64,000 nt of DNA from Fimbriimonadales bacterium (GTDB lineage Bacteria; Armatimonadota; Fimbriimonadia; Fimbriimonadales; GBS-DC). The stretch lies in NCBI GenBank assembly GCA_025061985.1, contig JANXAW010000027.1, forward strand, positions 4,499 through 68,498, written 5' to 3'. Shown piece by piece: positions 16,212-24,097 of the stretch (the stretch's first letter is position 1; every line of letters starts with the position of its first letter). A model generated the notes under the pieces. The model ran no database searches and had not been told where the DNA came from. It saw only the letters and a list, made by a program, of their open reading frames with translations. The position numbers and the translations under genes were made by a program.

Positions 16212-18154
16212 TGCCAACGCTCAAAGCTTTCACGTACGCGAAACTGCTGGCAGGGGGACTGATGTTCCTCTGCCTTTGCGTTAGTTGGGCTGATGGAGTG
16301 ATCCGACTGACGGCGTATCCTGCGGCGGCGGTAGCGGATGGGGCGTCGCAGGTGCTGATCGTCGCAGAGGTACGCACTGCCCGCGGGAAACCAGCCCCTG
16401 ATGGCACCAAAGTCGCATTCAGTGCGACCTCAGGAACATTTCGCGAAGCAGTAGTGGCGACCGAAGGAGGCGTTGCACGCGCAACGCTCATCGCTAGTCA
16501 ACTGCCCAGCGTGGCAACTGTCACTGCCACTGTGATCGGGTTGGGCGTGGTAGGCGAAACCCAAGTGCTTTTCGTTGCAACCCAGGACGAATTGCGCACG
16601 GCAACCGAGTATGTGCAGGTTCTGGGGCGCGAGTACTTAGCCTACGCAAACGAGCAACGGGTGATCGCTGCCTCTGGCAAGGAACGCGGAGCGCGAGTGC
16701 GGTTTGGCTTTACTGAGATTACCGCAGACGACCTTCAGCTAGAAGTAGACACTCTACGAGTGAAAGCGCGCAATGCCCGTCTTCGCTTCGGCTCGGCACA
16801 AATAGAGTGCATCGAACTTAGCTACGAGCTGCGGACGGCGCAAGGCTACGCGCTGGTGCAATATCCTGAGCGATGGGCTCTGGTACGCCTGCGCAATGCT
16901 ACACCCGAACCCCACGAAGCACCCGTCTCACCTGAACTGTTTCGTTTCGTAGACATTTCAGAATCGGAGCTGGTGATAAAGGCAGCCCAGATCTGGTTCT
17001 ACCCCAACGAGCGGATTCAGTTTCACCGCGCTGAGTTTTATGTGGGGGCGGTACGCACGCTGAGCCTGCCGTTGTACTCTCAAGCCCTCTGGGGAGCTGG
17101 AGTTGGCACGGACAGCCTAATAGGGATCCAGAACGGTCAAGTGTATCTCGATGTTCCCTATTATTACGCGCTAACGCCGCGCCAGATTGGTGCCCTCCGT
17201 TTGCGTACGGCTCAAGTTAGCGGGCGCACGGTGGGGGTGGCGCGTGGACTGTTCGTAGACTTAGAGCACGAGTATCGCTTGGGCACAGGCACAGGTACAG
17301 TAAGCGTGCTGGGGCTAGCGCGTACAGATTGGGGACTTCGGTGGCAGCATCAGCATTCCTTGTCGCCAGACACTCGCCTTGCGCTTTGGCTAGACTCGCC
17401 CGCCCACCAAGGGCTATACGGCTCGGCTCAGCTTACCAGTCGAGGGCATGGCTACTCCATTGGGCTAACAGTCGCTGGGAGCACACTTTGGCATGGGGGG
17501 CGGACGCGCAGTTGGCGCACAGACGCCTTCCTCGAGACGAACCCCCATCGCTTGGGGCAATTACCTTTGCGTCAGAGCGTTGCGCTTAGCGCAGCGGTTA
17601 GCCATACCCAGCTCGCTGCGGGGACGCTGCGTCGGGCAGGCATAGGCATTCGCGCTCGATGGAGCTTAGTGCCTCAGTCGCTGGGGCGCACCACAACGCT
17701 TACGGGTAGCCTGTCAGTAGGACGCTATGTGGGCAACCTGCCCAATGCAGGCTGGAGCATTATGGGCACGCTGGGAATCACCCACGCTCTGGGTGCCCAA
17801 GGCGCGCTCAACCTCACCTACGATTACGCCCAAGACGCCCTGGGAACTAGCCTCTTGGGGCAGCATCGCCTCTCCAGCAGCCTTAGCTGGAGCTTGGGCG
17901 AGCGATATGCCCTCAGCAGCTACTTCAGCCGTGCCTTAGACACAAAATCGATCAGCTTCGGAGGCGATTTCTCGTGGCGGCTAAGCCACCTATGGCGGAT
18001 CAGCACAGGATACACGTGGCAAGCCTATCAAGGGTACGAGTTTCGCGACCAAACATTCACGCTCGCTTACCGCATTGGGTACCGTGAATTGGCGCTGACG
18101 TGGTCGTCAGCCTCGCGGCGATGGAGCCTCGACCTGCTGATGGCGGTCTACTAA
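16208..18154 (+). CDS. outer-membrane beta-barrel protein, LptD/OstA-like, with an N-terminal Big_1 (invasin-type Ig) domain
   Basis: ATG 16211 overlaps the upstream stop (TGATG). After the signal peptide comes the Big_1-like ADGASQVLIVAEVRTARGKPAPDGTKVAFSATSGTF...ATLIAS. Next is an OstA-like DDLQLEVDTLRVKARNARLRF, then a long run of alternating amphipathic strands. The C-terminus ends ...RWSLDLLMAVY with an aromatic terminal residue. Confidence 0.6.
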   Translation: MMPTLKAFTYAKLLAGGLMFLCLCVSWADGVIRLTAYPAAAVADGASQVLIVAEVRTARGKPAPDGTKVAFSATSGTFREAVVATEGGVARATLIASQLPSVATVTATVIGLGVVGETQVLFVATQDELRTATEYVQVLGREYLAYANEQRVIAASGKERGARVRFGFTEITADDLQLEVDTLRVKARNARLRFGSAQIECIELSYELRTAQGYALVQYPERWALVRLRNATPEPHEAPVSPELFRFVDISESELVIKAAQIWFYPNERIQFHRAEFYVGAVRTLSLPLYSQALWGAGVGTDSLIGIQNGQVYLDVPYYYALTPRQIGALRLRTAQVSGRTVGVARGLFVDLEHEYRLGTGTGTVSVLGLARTDWGLRWQHQHSLSPDTRLALWLDSPAHQGLYGSAQLTSRGHGYSIGLTVAGSTLWHGGRTRSWRTDAFLETNPHRLGQLPLRQSVALSAAVSHTQLAAGTLRRAGIGIRARWSLVPQSLGRTTTLTGSLSVGRYVGNLPNAGWSIMGTLGITHALGAQGALNLTYDYAQDALGTSLLGQHRLSSSLSWSLGERYALSSYFSRALDTKSISFGGDFSWRLSHLWRISTGYTWQAYQGYEFRDQTFTLAYRIGYRELALTWSSASRRWSLDLLMAVY

Positions 18155-18274
18155 ACTCCGCTTCTCTTTACAGCAGAGCCTGCCAGCGCACAGTGGCGCC
18201 AAGTGTGGACGCGGATTTGCACGGATAGCGAAGCAACACGCCTCAACTCGCTGTAAAGGAGGTCGGCAACGGGC

Positions 18275-18766
18275 ATGGGCACTTTTCAAGGCGGGCTGAT
18301 AGCAGCCCCATGCACGGCAAGATATTGCGCTGTGGGAGCCGGGGTAGGCGTTTCGACTTTTGAGTTAGTCGCCTTCGATCGCGCTTTGAGGCAGGCAGGG
18401 TTTGCGGATTACAACCTGCTACGAGTATCCAGCATCTTACCTGCAGGAGTGCAGCTGCTGCCTGCGATTGATTTGCCAAAGGGCAGCTTAGTGCCAGTTG
18501 CTTACGGCGTATTTTCCTCAAGCGAGGAGGGGCGTACAATCGCCGCAGCAGTCGCGCTGGCGTTCCCCCAAGACCCTAAAGAGATTGGGGTGATTATGGA
18601 AGCCGAGGGCTACATGTCGGAACAAGAAGCGCGGGAATTGGTTGCGGCGATGGCGGAGGAGGCAATGGAAGACCGCAATCTTACGATTGGGCGCTTAGAG
18701 GTGGTAGCGGCTGCTGCGACTGTAGAGCTGTGTACCGCTGTATTTGCAGGGGTAGCGCTTTGGTAG
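18275..18766 (+). CDS. pdaD: pyruvoyl-dependent arginine decarboxylase
   Basis: The motif FDRALRQAGFADYNLLRVSSILP contains the self-cleaving Ser-Ser of the PdaD family. The size is about 160 aa. SD AAAGGAGG lies upstream. Confidence 0.8.
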   Translation: MGTFQGGLIAAPCTARYCAVGAGVGVSTFELVAFDRALRQAGFADYNLLRVSSILPAGVQLLPAIDLPKGSLVPVAYGVFSSSEEGRTIAAAVALAFPQDPKEIGVIMEAEGYMSEQEARELVAAMAEEAMEDRNLTIGRLEVVAAAATVELCTAVFAGVALW

Positions 18767-18767
18767 C

Positions 18768-19697
18768 CTAAGGTAGTGGGCGGCGCGCCAGCTCTTCAAA
18801 CTGAAGCGCCACATCGGCTATCACGGAACGCAAGTCTGAAAGCAAGGGCAGCTGGGCGCGGGCGATCGCCACATCGTCCAAGTCCAGCGGCACCACAATC
18901 AGCGCCTCTTGGTTGACAGGCCCCTGCGCCATCACCCTGCCAAATGGGTCAACAATCCACGAAGCTCCCGCAAACCCTTTGCCCCCCTCAAACCCCACCA
19001 AACTTGATTGCACTACATAGATGGTGTGCTCGCTGGCAATTTGGGTGAGTATCCGACGGTAGATTTCTACGTTTTCAATCTGTTCGGAGTGGAAACCGCG
19101 TGCAGGCGAGGCGGTGGGCACGTACAGTACCTGCGCTCCTTTGAGCGCCACAATCGCGCTGCTCACTGAGTGCCACACATCCTCGCAAATCAGTATTGCG
19201 GCGCGTCCAAAGCGCGTCATAAAGGTGTCCAAGCGTCTGCCTCGCGCGACAAAGCGCTCTTCTTCAAACACGCCGTAGGTGGGCAGAAAGAACTTCTGAT
19301 GCACATGCAGCAGGCGCGATTGTGTAGGTTCTGGCTCTAAAGTTGCATACAAGGCAGAGTTGTAGTATTCGCCGTCAAGATACTCATAGAAGCCGACACA
19401 AATGTCTAGCGGGCGGTTGGGCTGGAGGTCGGCGTACAAGCAGGCGAGGTCTGTTAGCAGGCGTGAGGCAGGCATCGCTAACTCGCGCACGCCCCCCTCA
19501 ACGAAGTAGCCTGTAGTGGCGGTTTCAGGCAGAACCAGCACCTCCACGCCCTCCTGCACTGCCTGAGCCATTAGCTGTCCAATCCGTTCCAAGTTGCGCT
19601 GATACTGCCCTTTTGTGGGCTTGAACTGCCCCACGCCCACCACAAACCGCCGCTGGACACCCTCTTGGTGGTAGATCGGCATAGGCGCACTCCTCAA
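18768..19697 (-). CDS. carbon-nitrogen hydrolase (nitrilase superfamily), probable stand-alone glutaminase subunit of NAD+ synthetase
   Basis: The Glu-Lys-Cys signature elements VLVLPETATTGY and AILICEDVWH are present. The start overlaps the nadE stop by 4 nt. Confidence 0.75.
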   Translation of the reverse strand: MRSAPMPIYHQEGVQRRFVVGVGQFKPTKGQYQRNLERIGQLMAQAVQEGVEVLVLPETATTGYFVEGGVRELAMPASRLLTDLACLYADLQPNRPLDICVGFYEYLDGEYYNSALYATLEPEPTQSRLLHVHQKFFLPTYGVFEEERFVARGRRLDTFMTRFGRAAILICEDVWHSVSSAIVALKGAQVLYVPTASPARGFHSEQIENVEIYRRILTQIASEHTIYVVQSSLVGFEGGKGFAGASWIVDPFGRVMAQGPVNQEALIVVPLDLDDVAIARAQLPLLSDLRSVIADVALQFEELARRPLP

Positions 19698-20560
19698 AAG
19701 TCGACAGGTCGCAGGTAATACTCGCCAATGGCACTAGTGGAAAGCATCGCCACCGTAGGCAGATGGCGCTTCCAGTGGGTGCTGTCTACCTTGTCCTTGA
19801 CGAGGCGCACCTCGTGTTCAGGAAAGCCCATCTCAATCAGCCGCTCTGGCGAATAACCTAAGGTGAGGTAGTACAGGATTCGGTCGGCGCGCCTGTAGGA
19901 AATCCCAAAGTCGCCCTCATCGGTTTGCCCCACGATCAGGTCGGCAGAGGCAGGCTTTTCCACGATCACCTCTGGCACCCCCACATAGCGTGCTAGCTGC
20001 CACACTTGAGTCTTGAACAAGTCGCCCAGAGGATTGATAGGGGGCGAGTCGTCGCCATGCCAAGTAAAGTAACCGAACAGTCGCTCGCTCTTGTTGCCCG
20101 TGCCAATCGGCAGCGCATTCAACTTGGCAGATTGGTCAAACAGGATAATCGTTCGCATCCGCGCGCAAATGTTGCCAATGCGCGTGGGACTGGCATCAGG
20201 CTCGAACTGATTTATGTAGGCGTCCACCATTGGCGTGATCTCAATGATCCGATGGTGAATGCCCAGCAAGTTGACCACCAGCATCGCATGCTCAATCGAT
20301 TCGGGGCTACTGGTTTTGTACGGCATCAAAAAAGCGTACACGTTTTCGGGTCCGAAGGCGCGTGTACATAGGAAGGCGACCAGCGAGGAGTCTACACCGC
20401 CTGAAAGCCCTAACACCACCTTGGAAAAGCCACGGCGTCGCTGCACCTCATCGCGTAGGAACTCCACCAGCCACTCCGCCACAAGCGGAGCGTTGATCCG
20501 TAGTGGGTCGTCAGATTCTGGGTCATAAACAGTCGGTTTCAATACAGGAAACGCTTGCAT
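19694..20560 (-). CDS. nadE: NAD+ synthetase (synthetase domain only)
   Basis: PP-loop VVLGLSGGVDSSLVAF. The remaining pattern (LPIGTGNKSE, GDLFKTQVWQLARYVGVP) is typical of NadE. Confidence 0.85.
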   Translation of the reverse strand: MQAFPVLKPTVYDPESDDPLRINAPLVAEWLVEFLRDEVQRRRGFSKVVLGLSGGVDSSLVAFLCTRAFGPENVYAFLMPYKTSSPESIEHAMLVVNLLGIHHRIIEITPMVDAYINQFEPDASPTRIGNICARMRTIILFDQSAKLNALPIGTGNKSERLFGYFTWHGDDSPPINPLGDLFKTQVWQLARYVGVPEVIVEKPASADLIVGQTDEGDFGISYRRADRILYYLTLGYSPERLIEMGFPEHEVRLVKDKVDSTHWKRHLPTVAMLSTSAIGEYYLRPVDF

Positions 20561-20566
20561 AGTGGC

Positions 20567-21670
20567 TCACCTCGCAAATCGGTTCGGGTCAAATGGAGCG
20601 ATGGGTAGGTTTGTTTCGCCGCCAAGCAGAAGGTCGGCGATAGCGCACGCAGTGGCGGGCGCAAGCAAAATCCCGTGGTATGCATGCCCTGCAGCGGCGT
20701 ATAGCCCCTCATAGCCGCCGACCTTGCCGATGTAGGGGTTGTGGTCGGGTGTGTCGGGGCGCAGTCCCACAGCGTGCCCCACGAGCGTAGCGCGCATTAA
20801 GGTAGGCGCAATTTGCGACAATGTTCGAGTCAAATGGGCGTAGCCTTCGGCAGTTGCTCGAAGGTCGTAGCCGACCCGCTCGCGCGTGGCTCCCACCAAG
20901 ATTGTCCCATTAGCACGAGGCACTACATAGCCCACTGGGGTGGATAGGATGCGAGAGACGGGCAAGGGTAAGTCGGTAAGCAGCAGAAGTTGCCCGCGCA
21001 CGGGTTCAGTGGGAGCGTGAATGCCCAACGGTTGGAGCAGTGCACCTGACCACGCACCTGCTGCTACAACGACCGCATCTCCTTGCACTAGGCCGGAGGC
21101 TGTGCGCACACCGTATGCGCGAATACCCTGCACTTCAATGCTGAGCGCAGGCGCAGCAGCGTAGATACTTACCCCCTCTTGTTGGAGCGCGCGGTGCAGG
21201 GCACGCATTAAACGCGGAGTGTGTACCCACCCTTCGTTAGGCAAATAGAGCGCCTCCCCGATTTCGGGATGTAATGCTGGCTCCAGTCGGCGCGCCTCAT
21301 TCCCATCAATCAGTTGAACACTTGGGTCATAGCGTCGAACCCACTCGTAGGTGGCGTGCAGCGTTTCCCTATCTGCAGGCGAGAGCGCCACACGCAAAGT
21401 ACCGTTGGCACGCCACTCAGGGTCTATACCAGTGCGCTCGCGCAACTGCTCAATCCATGCGGGATACATTTGAAAACTGCGCCAGTACAAGGGCACTGCG
21501 GGGGAGTCGTTGGGCGTCAAGCTGAACGGGTTGACCATTCCTGCAGAGGCAGCAGAGGTATGCCCACCCTCTGCCATGCTTTCAATAAGCGCTACCTCAA
21601 TCCTTCGGTGGCGAAGTTCCCACGCGATGGCGCTGCCAATAATCCCCGCACCGACCACGACCACACGCAT
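20567..21670 (-). CDS. thiO: FAD-dependent glycine oxidase
   Basis: The N-terminal dinucleotide fold is VVVVGAGIIGSAIAWEL. It belongs to the DAO family and sits directly downstream of thiS. Confidence 0.7.
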   Translation of the reverse strand: MRVVVVGAGIIGSAIAWELRHRRIEVALIESMAEGGHTSAASAGMVNPFSLTPNDSPAVPLYWRSFQMYPAWIEQLRERTGIDPEWRANGTLRVALSPADRETLHATYEWVRRYDPSVQLIDGNEARRLEPALHPEIGEALYLPNEGWVHTPRLMRALHRALQQEGVSIYAAAPALSIEVQGIRAYGVRTASGLVQGDAVVVAAGAWSGALLQPLGIHAPTEPVRGQLLLLTDLPLPVSRILSTPVGYVVPRANGTILVGATRERVGYDLRATAEGYAHLTRTLSQIAPTLMRATLVGHAVGLRPDTPDHNPYIGKVGGYEGLYAAAGHAYHGILLAPATACAIADLLLGGETNLPIAPFDPNRFAR

Positions 21671-21672
21671 AG

Positions 21673-21873
21673 CTAGCCCCCTGCAGTCATTTGCACGATC
21701 TCGAGGTTATCGCCCTCTTTGAGGTAAACCTCAGCGTAGCGCTCACGGGGCAAGATTTCGTAGTTGTACTCCACCACGACCATTCGAGGGTCTATCCCGC
21801 GCGCCTGAAGCAGTTGGAGGATGGTGATTGGTTCGGGCAGTTCGCGCTCAGCACCATTGATGCGTACTCGCAT
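21673..21873 (-). CDS. thiS: sulfur carrier protein ThiS
   Basis: The 66-aa beta-grasp protein MRVRINGAERELPE...GDNLEIVQMTAGG ends in Gly-Gly. The ORF track extends it to 21912, but the internal Met matches normal ThiS length. Confidence 0.75.
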   Translation of the reverse strand: MRVRINGAERELPEPITILQLLQARGIDPRMVVVEYNYEILPRERYAEVYLKEGDNLEIVQMTAGG

Positions 21874-21931
21874 TTTCAGCTTGATTATACCCAACAGGGC
21901 AGGAGAGGACACTCAGGTACAATTCGCTCCG

Positions 21932-23464
21932 ATGGATTGGCTAGGCTTGGTGCTCAGCTGGACGCTTTGGATGCCCACAATAGGGGCGGTGTTGCTGATG
22001 TTGGTGCCAAAGGGGCAGGAATTAGTGGCTCGCGCTGTTGCGCTTGCCGTCGCGCTAATCACGCTCGGAATGGCAGGCGTGCTGATTGTCGGGTTTGATA
22101 CCACGCGCGTGGGCTATCAGTTTGTCGAGCAGCTTGCGTGGCTGCCCGACTATGGTGTGAGCTATTACTTGGGGGTGGACGCAGTAAGCGTGTGGTTAGT
22201 GGGGCTAACCGCTTTGCTAAGTGTGTTGGCGGTGGCACTGGCGTTTAGCGTGCACGAGCGCGTACGCGAGTTTCTCATCTGGATGCTGGTACTGGAAACC
22301 GCTCTATTAGGCGTGTTTATGGCACTGGATGTGATTTTGTTCTATGTATTTTTTGAGCTGACGCTAGTGCCTACCTACTTTTTGATCAGCCAGTGGGGCG
22401 GTCGCGACCGCGCGGCTGCTGCATTGAAGTTCTTCCTGTATACCTTTTTCGGGTCGCTGCTGATGCTGGTTGCGACGCTGGTGCTTGCTTTTGAGTATCA
22501 GAAGGAGTTTGGTTCGCTGACCTTTGAGCTGCCGCGTTTGCAAGCGTTTGTAGCAACGCGCGAGTTGCCAAACAATCTTGAAGTGTGGCTGTTTTGGGGG
22601 TTTGTGTTAGCGTTTGCGGTAAAGTTGCCGTTAGTGCCGTTTCACACGTGGTGGCCTCACGCGATGGGCGTTGCGCCACTGCCGCTGCTGGTGGTCTTTC
22701 TCAAGACGGGCGCATACGGTCTGATGCGGTATGCGATCCCGCTATTTCCCGACGCGGCACAGGCATTCGCGCCGACGCTGGTGGCTTGGGGAGCGATTGC
22801 GGTAGTCTACGGAGCTATCGTTGCGATAATGCAGAGTGAGCTGAGGCGCGTCGTGCTGTACGCGATCATCAGCCACGCGGGCTTCATCGTGATGGGGCTG
22901 TTTTCGCTCACGCCTGAAGGGTTTACGGGCAGCGTTCTGCAACAGCTCAATCACGGAATCACGATGGGAGCGATGTTCCTCTTGCTGGCGCTATTGGAGG
23001 CGCGCACACGAACCCTGCAAATTGCCGAACTGGGCGGGCTAAAACACCAGATGCCGCTTTTCTCGGCAGTGTTTCTGATTACCGTTCTGGCAGCAGTGGC
23101 ACTCCCTGGCACGAACAATTTCATCGGCGAGCTTCTCTGTTTGCTGGGAACGTATTACTCAGCGCATCTGCGGGGCTACTCGGTGGTGTGGGTCGTGGTG
23201 GGGTTAGCGGGCACAGTGCTGGCAGTTGTTTATATGCTGTGGATGTTCCAGCGTGTGTTTTACGGGGCGACCCCTGCGCGTTGGCGCGGGCTACCCGACC
23301 TGCGCCCACTAGAACTGCTGCTGGTGGCGCCACTACTAGCGCTGATTTTCGCGATAGGAGTTCGTCCTGTGCATTGGACGAAGGCGATAGAGCCTGTGGC
23401 ATTGAAGTGGGCAGAGCCTTATGTGGCTGCACGCTCCATGCCTGAGCAGCAGGTAATGCGCTAA
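21932..23464 (+). CDS. nuoM: NuoM/NdhD-type proton-conducting antiporter-like subunit, not in a nuo operon
   Basis: About 510 aa and polytopic. MDWLGLVLSWTLWMPTIGAVLLMLVP...YYLGVDAVSVWLVGLTALL is typical of complex I chain 4. The track start at 21821 adds a non-membrane extension that overlaps thiS. Confidence 0.75.
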   Translation: MDWLGLVLSWTLWMPTIGAVLLMLVPKGQELVARAVALAVALITLGMAGVLIVGFDTTRVGYQFVEQLAWLPDYGVSYYLGVDAVSVWLVGLTALLSVLAVALAFSVHERVREFLIWMLVLETALLGVFMALDVILFYVFFELTLVPTYFLISQWGGRDRAAAALKFFLYTFFGSLLMLVATLVLAFEYQKEFGSLTFELPRLQAFVATRELPNNLEVWLFWGFVLAFAVKLPLVPFHTWWPHAMGVAPLPLLVVFLKTGAYGLMRYAIPLFPDAAQAFAPTLVAWGAIAVVYGAIVAIMQSELRRVVLYAIISHAGFIVMGLFSLTPEGFTGSVLQQLNHGITMGAMFLLLALLEARTRTLQIAELGGLKHQMPLFSAVFLITVLAAVALPGTNNFIGELLCLLGTYYSAHLRGYSVVWVVVGLAGTVLAVVYMLWMFQRVFYGATPARWRGLPDLRPLELLLVAPLLALIFAIGVRPVHWTKAIEPVALKWAEPYVAARSMPEQQVMR

Positions 23465-23475
23465 ATACAAAGTCA

Positions 23476-23497
23476 GGGCAGCCGCGAAGGGCTGCCC
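23476..23497. terminator. hairpin between convergent genes
   Basis: GGGCAGCC / GCGAAG / GGCTGCCC forms a perfect 8-bp stem. There is no U-run on either side. Confidence 0.35.
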
Positions 23498-23522
23498 CGC
23501 GTCCGCCTACGAGAGGAGGCTA

Positions 23523-24086
23523 CTATCCACGCAACTGCTTCTGTGAAGCTTTTGCTTCCAAACGGTTCAGCCACACGAGGACACCGACTAAGGCTGCTGC
23601 TACAACGACTGCGGTCAGCAGGTAAGGCAGGCCCAATACTTCGTGGAGCGTGAGCTTACCCAAGTCTAACGGCTTGATCAACACAGGCTCTAACCACGGG
23701 TAAGCGAGGATGAAGGCGAACGCGCCTGTCAAGCCACCAAGCACTGCCAGTAGCCCGTCGCGTGTGCCGCTGCCTAAGCCAACCAGCGCAGTGCCAGGGC
23801 AAAAGCCTGCCACTGCCATACCAACACCAAATATCAGCCCGCCCACTAATACGCCCCACACATAGAGCGGCTTCACCTTTAGGTGGGCGTAGTCGGGAGC
23901 GAAGGTAGCTAACGTGGCAGCACCTAACAATCCGACTGTAATCGCCGTGAGCATCACTTTGAGCATTGTAAAGTCGCGGAATGCTAGCCCGCGGATCACA
24001 ATCCCGCAGCGGCTAAATCCTGCGCGATGTAGGGCGAACCCGAAAAGGATTCCCGTGAGCAATCCCAAGATGTGAGTGGTTTCCAT
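23523..24086 (-). CDS. YeeE/YedE-family sulfur-compound transporter half-protein
   Basis: Polytopic, with the motifs GILFGFALHRAGFSRCG and GMAVAGFCPGTALVGLG. Confidence 0.75.
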   Translation of the reverse strand: METTHILGLLTGILFGFALHRAGFSRCGIVIRGLAFRDFTMLKVMLTAITVGLLGAATLATFAPDYAHLKVKPLYVWGVLVGGLIFGVGMAVAGFCPGTALVGLGSGTRDGLLAVLGGLTGAFAFILAYPWLEPVLIKPLDLGKLTLHEVLGLPYLLTAVVVAAALVGVLVWLNRLEAKASQKQLRG

Positions 24087-24097
24087 ACTTACCTCCC

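Noticed and set aside
21821-21931. N-terminal extension of the nuoM-like ORF. Similar track extensions occur at 36587-36715 (galT), 55373-55504 (PEP-CTERM), 47629-47727 (response regulator) and 42480-42545 (HtrA-like).
   Set aside because: The extensions overlap neighbouring genes or promoters and lack family-typical sequence. Internal Met/Val codons give normal N-termini, often with a good SD.
21874-21931. Possible TPP riboswitch upstream of thiS
   Set aside because: Only about 58 nt separate thiS from the divergent gene. I could not find the conserved CUGAGA or ACCUGAUCUGGAUAAUGCCAGCG elements on the minus strand.
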